A stretch of DNA of 36,010 nt from NCBI GenBank assembly GCA_964629135.1, contig CAZVPY010000001.1:1-36010 (forward strand), read 5' to 3'. The position numbers and the translations under genes were made by a program. Positions within the stretch are counted from its first letter, which is position 1, and every line of letters starts with the position of its first letter. Shown here piece by piece: positions 1 through 7,606 of this stretch. The notes beneath the pieces were generated by a model that saw only the letters and a list, made by a program, of their open reading frames with translations, searched no databases and was not told the DNA's origin. Source of the DNA: an uncultured Thermotogaceae bacterium (GTDB lineage: Bacteria > Thermotogota > Thermotogae > MWEM01).

Positions 1-19
1 CGCAACCCCTTTATTTTAT

Positions 20-211
20 TCATACCCGTACATCAAGTACCGCTCCGAGACCATCTTGTTTTGGCAATGTCTGTAACAGCTGTGTGTTTTCCTCAAGAGC
101 CTGGTCCATAACTTGCTTCATGACCGCGGTACCCATTTCAGCAGATATCTGCAAATTTTTCAGTTGCATAGCTGATTGGGTAATACCGGATGAAATACCA
201 TCTACACCCAT
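20..211 (-). CDS. YjfB-family putative motility protein (63 aa)
   Basis: Small ORF with the YjfB_motility-like pattern: S/Q-rich N-terminus, 'AVMKQVMDQALE' core and a C-terminal 'LGAVLDVRV'. An AGGAGCG RBS sits 8 nt upstream of the ATG on the minus strand, and a sigma-28-like promoter lies upstream. Confidence 0.6.
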   Translation of the reverse strand: MGVDGISSGITQSAMQLKNLQISAEMGTAVMKQVMDQALEENTQLLQTLPKQDGLGAVLDVRV

Positions 212-246
212 TTAACCACGCTCCTTTCATTAAAGGGTACATAGAT

Positions 247-273
247 TTATCGACGAAAAAAAGACAAACTTAA
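247..273 (-). promoter_or_regulatory. Sigma-28 (FliA/SigD)-type promoter for the yjfB-like gene
   Basis: The minus strand reads TTAAGTTT-N11-GTCGATAA. The FliA consensus is TAAAGTTT-N11-GCCGATAA, so each box matches 7/8 and the spacer is exact. It lies about 35 nt upstream of the ATG at 211. Confidence 0.55.
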
Positions 274-290
274 TTACCCATGACTTCTCT

Positions 291-319
291 TTGGCAAATT
301 TTTCGCTTAATGGTAAAAT
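291..319 (+). promoter_or_regulatory. Sigma-70-type promoter with extended -10, for the radical SAM operon
   Basis: TTGGCA (291-296), a 17-nt spacer, then TGgTAAAAT (311-319). AAAGAGG RBS (336-342) and ATG at 349 follow. The promoter lies inside the N-terminal extension of the ORF-track call (280), which argues for the 349 start. Confidence 0.5.
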
Positions 320-348
320 ATACTAGTATCTATAAAAGAGGTTTACTC

Positions 349-1854
349 ATGTCTGATAAAATTGTGATAATCGATGGATATATAGATGAACCTGCTCAAT
401 TTGGTGTACCTCCTTATATTTCACCAACTTGTCGTTATGCTTTTGGTTGCTATATGTTCTATGGTGTTACTCCTGAATATTATACCATTGACCAAATTAG
501 AGAACATGAACTTTGGAATTACCTAAACAATTTTGACCATCTTGTTTTGATCGGTGGTGTTAGTGTTCCCGGTAAATACATTGGGGGTAATCCCTTAAAA
601 TACACAGAATTGGAAAAAATTTCTCAATATGCACCACATCCCCTGAAAATCTATAAAGGCCCTTATTCTTTGGGTTATACAAGTAAAGGGGGAAGAGATG
701 CTCAAGTTATTGAACATCTGAGTAGTTTATATGATTGCCCTGTGACCGGCAATTTAGAAACCTTTTTATTTTACCTATTAAAGGGGGATCTTCCTGCAGA
801 ATCCATAGAGAAAGAAGAGGCTATTCTTGAAAAGATTATTCCATATGGCGCATCCGTCATTAAACAACATCCAAATTTTCCTGATCTAATCTGCGAGATT
901 GAAGTCTCTACAGGATGCGAAAGAAATACCCATTGTTCTTTTTGTACAGAACCACTTTTTTACGGTAAATACCATGAAAGGATGCCCGATAAGATACTCA
1001 AAGAAATTGAAGAACTTGTCAAAAATGGTGCTAGATACTTCAGGTTGGGACGTGCAGCAAATATATTGGCATATGGATATACAGAAAAAGATAAAGATGG
1101 TTTATTTTTAAATCAATTATATACCGGCATTAGAGAAAAATGCCCAAAATTAGGTATGCTTCACACCGACAATGCAAATCCCGGATTTATACAAAACAAT
1201 CCAATGATTTCAGAAAAAGCCATAAAAATAATTTCGCAACATAACACCACTGGCGATAGTCTATCTTTTGGCGTAGAAAGTTTTGACCAAACAGTCATTC
1301 ATCAAAACAATTTGGCTATAGAACCCGATGGTATTATTTCCGCTTGTGAGACAGTTAATCACATCGGTGGTTTTTTAAAAGATGGCGTACCGGCATTACT
1401 CCCTGGAATTAATCTTTTATTTGGATTAATAGGTGAGAGTATCAAAACATTTGATATCAATTTTAATTACTTGAAGAAAATCATGGAAAAAGGCATTTTA
1501 TTGCGGAGAATAAATATTAGAAAAGCTATGGTTTTTCCAGAAACTCCGCTTTACCGTTATACACAAAAACATAAAATCAAGTCCCATTCACGTGAATTCA
1601 GGAAATTCAAAGAAAAAGTTAGAGAAGAAATCGACAGGCCAATGCTAAAGAAAGTCTATCCCGCTGGAACATTAATAAATGATGTGATTGTGGAGTACAA
1701 CAAAGGAAATATATCTTTCGGTAGAAAACTTGGTACATATGCAATTTTGATCGGTATTAGGAAAAAAATTAAACCAGGAACAAAAATAAACGTCAGGATT
1801 ACCGAACACGGTTATCGATCACTTACTGGCGTCATTGAAAATGAGGATGGATGA
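349..1854 (+). CDS. Radical SAM enzyme with a non-canonical CX5CX2C cluster motif and a possible TRAM-like C-terminal domain
   Basis: 'STGCERNTHCSFCTEP' gives Cys190/196/199 counted from the 349 start. A Rossmann-like N-terminal region ('KIVIIDGY...HLVLIGGVSVPG') is present, and the C-terminus ('GTKINVRITEHGYRSLTGV') looks TRAM-like. The 349 start has an RBS and a promoter. Confidence 0.7.
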   Translation: MSDKIVIIDGYIDEPAQFGVPPYISPTCRYAFGCYMFYGVTPEYYTIDQIREHELWNYLNNFDHLVLIGGVSVPGKYIGGNPLKYTELEKISQYAPHPLKIYKGPYSLGYTSKGGRDAQVIEHLSSLYDCPVTGNLETFLFYLLKGDLPAESIEKEEAILEKIIPYGASVIKQHPNFPDLICEIEVSTGCERNTHCSFCTEPLFYGKYHERMPDKILKEIEELVKNGARYFRLGRAANILAYGYTEKDKDGLFLNQLYTGIREKCPKLGMLHTDNANPGFIQNNPMISEKAIKIISQHNTTGDSLSFGVESFDQTVIHQNNLAIEPDGIISACETVNHIGGFLKDGVPALLPGINLLFGLIGESIKTFDINFNYLKKIMEKGILLRRINIRKAMVFPETPLYRYTQKHKIKSHSREFRKFKEKVREEIDRPMLKKVYPAGTLINDVIVEYNKGNISFGRKLGTYAILIGIRKKIKPGTKINVRITEHGYRSLTGVIENEDG

Positions 1855-2921
1855 TTATGACCGAAGAAATTATCAACGAATTTGATATTTTCGCAATTCA
1901 CATCAAAATCAAATGTATTTCACTTGATGAAGTGATTGTTGGCTATTTTTTCGGTAAAAAAAACACGAATTTGGAATACACTTTTCTTAATTTCCCTGCC
2001 TCTATACGGCAAAAATTACCAGATATCAACAATAACCCGCACCTTAATTTTAAAGAAGAGCTTAATGAAATATCGAATAAATTGATTCCCGACCATCCAG
2101 AAATCGTTGAGAGAAGTGCCAAATTAATGGATTACATTAATATTCAATTCAGGAAAATCGGAGGGCTAGAACGTTTCTCAAAGAGGCTTTCCTATTTATC
2201 TGAAGTGGACGAAAAAGATGAAATCAGCATGGAGTTATTGGGATTATTCGATAATTGGGTCGAAAAGAAGGAACTGCAATACACTGTCGAGTACTTTTCT
2301 GCTGAAAACTACACAAAACAAGTACTCGAAAGTGCGGAATTTTTTCCTGAAAAGGATAATATATCCAACTATCTTGATTTAACAAAAATGCCTGAATTTT
2401 ACCCTCTGATTGACCCCATCCAAGGGATCTCTATTGATGCCTTTGAAGTTGGCATGTCATTAAAAATCACAATCCTTTCATATCCTGATGAAGAAACTGA
2501 GAAAATTATTAAAGAACACTATCATGATCATATTGACACCAAAGAGGGTTATTTAAAAACAATCGAAGCTGATATTGTATCAAAGGAATTGCTTTCAGGA
2601 AAAAATGACACTTATGTACTTGTAAAGGTTCGCTTATGTGAGGATATCTGCGCTTATTCGATCATGCTCAAATCTTTAAAACTCAGTCGAGACAGGATTT
2701 TTAAACGTAACTTATTACCACCTATACAAGATGAAGAGGAGAGTATCCCCTCTGGAGAAGAAAAGATTTTCCCAGGAAAAATAAAAAAGGAAACCAAAGT
2801 ATTTTCAGCATTGAAAGAAAAAGCCAAATTTAAAATAACAGATTTGATTTTAGTTTTAATTATTGTAGGGGGGAGTATCGCATTAATCGCGTTATTAATA
2901 GACTTAATCTCAAAAAGATGA
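1851..2921 (+). CDS. Hypothetical acidic protein with a C-terminal transmembrane anchor (paralog 1 of the 7607-8632 product)
   Basis: The ATG overlaps the stop of the upstream gene (ATGA at 1851-1854). The C-terminal hydrophobic helix is 'ITDLILVLIIVGGSIALIALLIDLI'. It shares several sequence blocks with the 7607-8632 ORF. I recognise no family. Confidence 0.6.
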   Translation: MIMTEEIINEFDIFAIHIKIKCISLDEVIVGYFFGKKNTNLEYTFLNFPASIRQKLPDINNNPHLNFKEELNEISNKLIPDHPEIVERSAKLMDYINIQFRKIGGLERFSKRLSYLSEVDEKDEISMELLGLFDNWVEKKELQYTVEYFSAENYTKQVLESAEFFPEKDNISNYLDLTKMPEFYPLIDPIQGISIDAFEVGMSLKITILSYPDEETEKIIKEHYHDHIDTKEGYLKTIEADIVSKELLSGKNDTYVLVKVRLCEDICAYSIMLKSLKLSRDRIFKRNLLPPIQDEEESIPSGEEKIFPGKIKKETKVFSALKEKAKFKITDLILVLIIVGGSIALIALLIDLISKR

Positions 2922-2940
2922 AACAAAAGGAAGTGTGATC

Positions 2941-3876
2941 ATGAATAATGTCTATGGAATAGTACCTTCAAGAAGATTAGGAAGATCATTAGGGTTAAGT
3001 ACCATTCCCGCAAGCACGTGTAGCTATTCATGTGTTTATTGCCAGCTGGGCAGGACTAGAAACATGACCATCGAACGCGAGAATTTCTTTAAAATCGATG
3101 ATCTTGTTGTGCAGTTAGAAGAATATCTGGATAAAAAAGATGAATTTGATGTAATAACCCTTGTGGGAGAAGGTGAACCAACCCTATACGCGCAAACAGG
3201 GGAACTGATAAGAAGAATAAAACAGCTTTTTGATAAGCCTGTAGCAATCATTACAAATGGTTCCTTGTTTTTTTTGGACGAAGTCCGAAAGGACTGTATG
3301 CATGCGGATATTGTCATGCCAACATTAGATGCGTGGGATGATGATAGTTTCAGAACTTTAAACAGGCCATTTAAAAGCATCACCTTTGAAAAGATGTACA
3401 ACGGCTTGCTGGAATTCAGAAGAGAATATAAAGGTGACTTTTATCTGGAAATCATGTGTGTAAAAGGAATCACTGACCAAGGGAATAACATGGTGTTGTT
3501 AACCGAAAAAATCAATGATTTAAAGCCTGACAAGGTATTTGTCAATACACCCGTCAGACCACCTGCCGAAGAATGGGTTGAAAGATGTACAAAAGAATTT
3601 GTAGAGAAACTACAAAAACAATTCAAAACAAACACAGATGTAGAAATACCTAATACAAATTTGTACAGTCATAATCCTGACCTTTATCAAGCGATAATCG
3701 AAATCATTAAACGCCACCCACTTGATCAATCAGGTATAGAAAAGTTCTGTAAAATTCGGGAAGAAGATTCTAAACAAATCGTAGGAAGACTATCTGAAGA
3801 TACGAATGTAGAAAAAATTAAGTACGAGAATAAGGTGTTTTATAGAATTAAATCAAAAAAAGAGGTGAATCAGTGA
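2941..3876 (+). CDS. Radical SAM protein (COG0731-like, canonical CX3CX2C)
   Basis: 'YGIVPSRRLGRSLGLSTIPASTCSYSCVYCQLGRT' gives Cys27/31/34. 'LVGEGEPTL' is a SAM-binding GGE-like motif. AAGGAAG RBS lies 7 nt before the ATG at 2941; the ORF-track GTG at 2935 is too close to the RBS. Confidence 0.75.
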   Translation: MNNVYGIVPSRRLGRSLGLSTIPASTCSYSCVYCQLGRTRNMTIERENFFKIDDLVVQLEEYLDKKDEFDVITLVGEGEPTLYAQTGELIRRIKQLFDKPVAIITNGSLFFLDEVRKDCMHADIVMPTLDAWDDDSFRTLNRPFKSITFEKMYNGLLEFRREYKGDFYLEIMCVKGITDQGNNMVLLTEKINDLKPDKVFVNTPVRPPAEEWVERCTKEFVEKLQKQFKTNTDVEIPNTNLYSHNPDLYQAIIEIIKRHPLDQSGIEKFCKIREEDSKQIVGRLSEDTNVEKIKYENKVFYRIKSKKEVNQ

Positions 3877-4463
3877 AAGAAATCAACAACAACTTAATTT
3901 TGGAGGATAAATCCTCCAATCCTGCACCATTGGGTCTTTTAGGATTTGGGATGACTACGGTATTATTGAACTTACACAACATCGGTCTATTTCCGCTTGA
4001 TAGTGTTATTATCGCCATGGGTATCTTTGTAGGCGGAATGGCGCAGGTATTTGCGGGATTGTTGGAATGGAAAAAAGGGAATACTTTTGGCAATGTTGCT
4101 TTTACAGCCTATGGTTTGTTTTGGTTGTCATTGGTTGGGATCTGGTTATTACCAAAGTTTGAAGGCATCGCTGCTCCGTCTGATATCTCAATGGGTTTTT
4201 ACCTCTTATTATGGGGTATTTTTACTTTAGGAATGTTCTTTGGTACTTTTAAAACCAATAAGATCCTTCAGGCTGTCTTTTTGTCATTAGCACTACTCTT
4301 CTTTCTATTAAGTCTCTCTGACTTTCTCACTAGCACATTGATAAGAACGATAGGTGGATTTGTAGGCATCCTTTGCGGTAGCCTGGCCATCTATTTAGCG
4401 TTGGCTGAAGTTTTAAACGAAGCCAACAAACGAACAATCTTACCGATTTTTCCCGGAGAATAA
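3873..4463 (+). CDS. GPR1/FUN34/YaaH (SatP/AceTr) family acetate/succinate channel
   Basis: Contains the family signature 'NPAPLGLLGFGMTTVLLNLHN' and six predicted TM helices. The GTG start overlaps the upstream stop (GTGA), with AGAGGTG RBS 5 nt upstream. Confidence 0.85.
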   Translation: MKEINNNLILEDKSSNPAPLGLLGFGMTTVLLNLHNIGLFPLDSVIIAMGIFVGGMAQVFAGLLEWKKGNTFGNVAFTAYGLFWLSLVGIWLLPKFEGIAAPSDISMGFYLLLWGIFTLGMFFGTFKTNKILQAVFLSLALLFFLLSLSDFLTSTLIRTIGGFVGILCGSLAIYLALAEVLNEANKRTILPIFPGE

Positions 4464-4524
4464 TCCATTCGGTATTCAATTCAGTAATTAAAAACGTTTA
4501 AAAAAGAAGAGGAGAGTGAATACC

Positions 4525-6045
4525 ATGAAAAAAAAGGTGATGATGAACTTATTGATTTTGGTTATTACCGTGACAATTTGTTTTTCCCAGACCTTCATCA
4601 ATAAAGAATATGAATTTGTTCAATGGAGTATGCCGGATAACTGGCCAGCCTATGAAGGTAGTTTTATGCCTGGTGTTGCATATTATAATGGAAAATTGGG
4701 AGCCGGGAATGAAATCATTGAAGGCGCTGTTTTCTCAGTAGTTACACAACAAGGATTTGCAAGCAATATTATCTCTGAAATGAAAAATGACCCCTCGACT
4801 GATTTGCAAATTGAAGCAGAAAATTTTTTAAACGGTATGAAGAGAAACTACTATGAGGGCTTGATTGATGACAACGGTAAATCGATCTGGTTTACTTTAA
4901 GCTTTTTCCCTGCTACAAACCAATATTCGGAATTCATGATTTTTGCCATAGCCAATGGACCTGACATGAATAGAGATAAGGCTATTTTAAACCATATCAT
5001 TGCATCTGTGGATGTTGTTGAAAAAGATACAGTAGTTCCTGATTCTGAGTCTGAAAAACCGTTGATGACACTTCTTAACTCAGAAAATAACATTTATTTA
5101 CCAGCTTCCACTATTGAATTTGAATATGAAGTTCAGGAAGACCTTTTAAAGGGAAGTCCTTGGATTGGAATTGTTCCCTCAAATATTCAACACGGGAATG
5201 AAACTGTAAATGACAAACACGATTTAAGTTTTGTTTATATCAACTCAGGTAAGGATAGTATTTCGCTAACGGCCCCCTCAGAAGAAGGCTTTTACGATTT
5301 GAGATTACACGATTCAGATTTTGGCGGAAAGGAACTGGGATACATTTCATTTGAAGTAAAAAAAGAAATTAAGACGTTACCCGTCATAACAACTAATAAG
5401 AATGTTTATAGACCTGGAGAAGAAATAAAAGCTACTTTTAAAAATGCCCCGGCAAAAACAACAAGGGATTGGATAGGTGTTTACAAAGAATCATCGGATG
5501 AATCCGGTTATTTGTCTTGGCAATATCTTGATGGGAATTCAGAAGGTGAATTGAGTTTCATTGCACCTCGCGATGAGGGTGATTATAATCTTCGCATGTT
5601 TGATGATGACAGCTATAATACCATCGCTATGAGTGAATCAATTAGAGTTAGCAAAGAGGAGAGTACAAGTTCTATTGGTGACAAAGAAGTGCTCTTTATA
5701 AGCGATTATGCTTTTTGCTCAGAAATAAGTGATGGTAAACCAGTTGACAGCAAACAAAGATTCTCAAAAAAAGATGAAAAAATCTACATTCACCTTACGA
5801 TTGAGGAATATCAAAAAGAACATACATTGTCTTGGGAATGGGTACAACCGAATGGTGAACTGTTTGATACACTTAATCTTGATTTAGAAGCAGCTGCTGA
5901 TTTAGGTTACAAAACCATTCGAGATTACTTTGTTTGGTCCTGGTTAAATACTTCATCTTTGGATGATTCAATGAAAGGTATTTGGATAATAAACGTTTAC
6001 GTTGATGATAAGATTGTTCTGACAAGACAGTTTGTGTTTGATTGA
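4525..6045 (+). CDS. Secreted hypothetical protein with an internally duplicated domain
   Basis: Signal peptide 'MKKKVMMNLLILVITVTICFSQ'. GGAGAG RBS lies 9 nt before the ATG at 4525; the ORF-track GTG at 4516 abuts the RBS. Two tandem ~90-aa repeats share WIG[IV]...AP..EG.Y[DN]LR[LM].D.D. Confidence 0.6.
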   Translation: MKKKVMMNLLILVITVTICFSQTFINKEYEFVQWSMPDNWPAYEGSFMPGVAYYNGKLGAGNEIIEGAVFSVVTQQGFASNIISEMKNDPSTDLQIEAENFLNGMKRNYYEGLIDDNGKSIWFTLSFFPATNQYSEFMIFAIANGPDMNRDKAILNHIIASVDVVEKDTVVPDSESEKPLMTLLNSENNIYLPASTIEFEYEVQEDLLKGSPWIGIVPSNIQHGNETVNDKHDLSFVYINSGKDSISLTAPSEEGFYDLRLHDSDFGGKELGYISFEVKKEIKTLPVITTNKNVYRPGEEIKATFKNAPAKTTRDWIGVYKESSDESGYLSWQYLDGNSEGELSFIAPRDEGDYNLRMFDDDSYNTIAMSESIRVSKEESTSSIGDKEVLFISDYAFCSEISDGKPVDSKQRFSKKDEKIYIHLTIEEYQKEHTLSWEWVQPNGELFDTLNLDLEAAADLGYKTIRDYFVWSWLNTSSLDDSMKGIWIINVYVDDKIVLTRQFVFD

Positions 6046-6070
6046 TTTGAAATTTTGAGTAAAATAAAAA

Positions 6071-6098
6071 GGGCTGAGTCAATCCAGCCCTTTTTATT
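6071..6098. terminator. Bidirectional rho-independent terminator between convergent genes
   Basis: GGGCTG (6071-6076), an 8-nt loop, then CAGCCC (6085-6090). An A-run lies upstream and a T-run downstream. It sits between the stop at 6045 (+) and the stop at 6116 (-). Confidence 0.8.
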
Positions 6099-6115
6099 TT
6101 TTTGATTTATTGAAA

Positions 6116-7471
6116 TCAATGAAGACTTTCCACCACATTCTTCAACCAAGAGCCCTTTTTATACCGTTTAATCAGCACAAAAAATTTCGTTGTTTCTTCA
6201 ACCATACACAATGAATAAACTACCGGGAAAGGCCAATTTAAAACAAGACCTGCAATAGCTGTCACTGGAATACCGATAAGCCAAAGACAACCGGCTTCAA
6301 CATAAAAGGAAAACTTAGTATCCCCTCCAGCCCTCAGGATTCCTACAATAAATAATCCATTAAGAATTTTTATCGGTGAATAAAGCATGGACAATCTTAG
6401 GAGAAGGATAGCCAGCTTTTTTACCTCTTCACTTACAGAAAAAAGGTTAACAAATTGAGGGGCAAAAACAATCATTGGAATTACAAAAAGAACAACTAAA
6501 AATAGATCGAGATAAATGATCTTCTTTGATATTTCTTTAGCTTTTTTAAAAGATGATTTCCCTAATTCTTGTCCTATAATTACTGCGGCTGCGTTTGACA
6601 ACGCCATTAATACTGCAAACGAAAACCGTTCTATACTGTTCATAATCCTGTTAGCAGCCAAAAGGCTTGTCCCCATATAGCTGTAAATGATGGTGTACAT
6701 GGAAAAACCTGTAGACCAAAACAATTCGTTTAATACTGTTGGGGTTGTATATTTTAAGAAGCGTTGAAAGAAAGATTTTGATAAGCTTTTAAAATGCTCA
6801 ATATGCACTCTCCCGGGATATTTCTTCCCATAGATAATGCATAAAATCAACACCATTTCAAATAATCTAGACAATAATGTACCAATACCTGCTCCCTGGA
6901 TTCCCATTTCTGGAAAGCCAAAATTACCGAATATCAGTGAGTAATTAAGGAGAACATTTAAACCGATTCCAATCATACTGACCATCATAGGAATAACAGC
7001 TTTTTCGGTATTTCTTAAGACAAAAGCATAGGTCATGGTAATCCCGAAAGTAATAAAGCTGAAACTGATGGCGGATAAATACTTTGTTCCTTCAGTGATA
7101 ACAGCTTGGTCTGGAGAAAATATCCTTAAAGTACTTTCAGGAAAGAAAAAGGCTAACACAAAAAAAACAGCTGAGAGGATCAGGGAACAGGAAATCATTA
7201 AAGCGGTAGTACGAGAAATATTAAATTCCTGCTTTGTCCCCCAAAATTGCGCGATAAAAATAGAACCACCCGAAACAAGCCCAAACATAACTACGTTGAA
7301 AATAAAGAAAAATTGATTAGATAAACCAACAGCAGATATGGAAACTTCCCCAAGTTGCCCAATCATTAGCATGTCCACAAAGTTCATACTACTTAAGATA
7401 ATTTGTTGAATCGCTATTGGTAATGCTACGCTAAAGAGTCTTCTATAAACATTCATGCTGGATTTTAACAT
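6116..7471 (-). CDS. MATE family multidrug/toxin efflux transporter
   Basis: 451-aa polytopic membrane protein with about 12 TM helices. Typical MATE N-terminus ('LFSVALPIAIQQIILSSMNFVDMLMIGQLG') and an internal duplication. Confidence 0.85.
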   Translation of the reverse strand: MLKSSMNVYRRLFSVALPIAIQQIILSSMNFVDMLMIGQLGEVSISAVGLSNQFFFIFNVVMFGLVSGGSIFIAQFWGTKQEFNISRTTALMISCSLILSAVFFVLAFFFPESTLRIFSPDQAVITEGTKYLSAISFSFITFGITMTYAFVLRNTEKAVIPMMVSMIGIGLNVLLNYSLIFGNFGFPEMGIQGAGIGTLLSRLFEMVLILCIIYGKKYPGRVHIEHFKSLSKSFFQRFLKYTTPTVLNELFWSTGFSMYTIIYSYMGTSLLAANRIMNSIERFSFAVLMALSNAAAVIIGQELGKSSFKKAKEISKKIIYLDLFLVVLFVIPMIVFAPQFVNLFSVSEEVKKLAILLLRLSMLYSPIKILNGLFIVGILRAGGDTKFSFYVEAGCLWLIGIPVTAIAGLVLNWPFPVVYSLCMVEETTKFFVLIKRYKKGSWLKNVVESLH

Positions 7472-7560
7472 AAAACAAGGAATATAATAAAAAGGTTATG
7501 TTATTTGTTCGTAAACAAAAATAATTTTAGGCATCTGCATCAATTAAGTTCTGCTCTTCG

Positions 7561-7569
7561 TGATATAAT
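7561..7569 (+). promoter_or_regulatory. Extended -10 promoter element (TGaTATAAT) upstream of the paralog-2/met operon
   Basis: A perfect TGnTATAAT lies 38 nt upstream of the ATG at 7607. No good -35 is present. AAGGTG RBS sits at 7594-7599. Confidence 0.4.
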
Positions 7570-7606
7570 TGGTAATAAGCTTATATTTTGGTGAAAAGGT
7601 GTGTCA

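Noticed and set aside
280-348. N-terminal 23-codon extension of the radical SAM ORF (ORF-track start at 280)
   Set aside because: The extension contains the predicted promoter (291-319) and the RBS (336-342). ATG 349 ('MSDKIVIIDGY') is the properly spaced start.
899-1111. 70-aa same-strand ORF nested in the radical SAM gene
   Set aside because: It lies entirely inside a well-supported longer CDS in another frame, with no RBS and low-complexity content. It is most likely spurious.
2654-4093. Minus-strand ORFs 2654-2926, 3036-3401, 3441-3635 and 3848-4093
   Set aside because: They are antisense to confidently called + strand genes, have no RBS, and their S/F/L/I-rich composition is typical of shadow frames in AT-rich DNA.
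7035-7316. 93-aa + strand ORF inside the MATE transporter gene
   Set aside because: It is an antisense shadow ORF. The K/E-rich product has no start context.
7472-7606. SAM (S-box) or cobalamin riboswitch upstream of the met operon
   Set aside because: The leader after the predicted -10 is only ~35 nt. The 135-nt intergenic region lacks the conserved S-box and B12-box core sequences, and it is too AT-rich and short for either fold.
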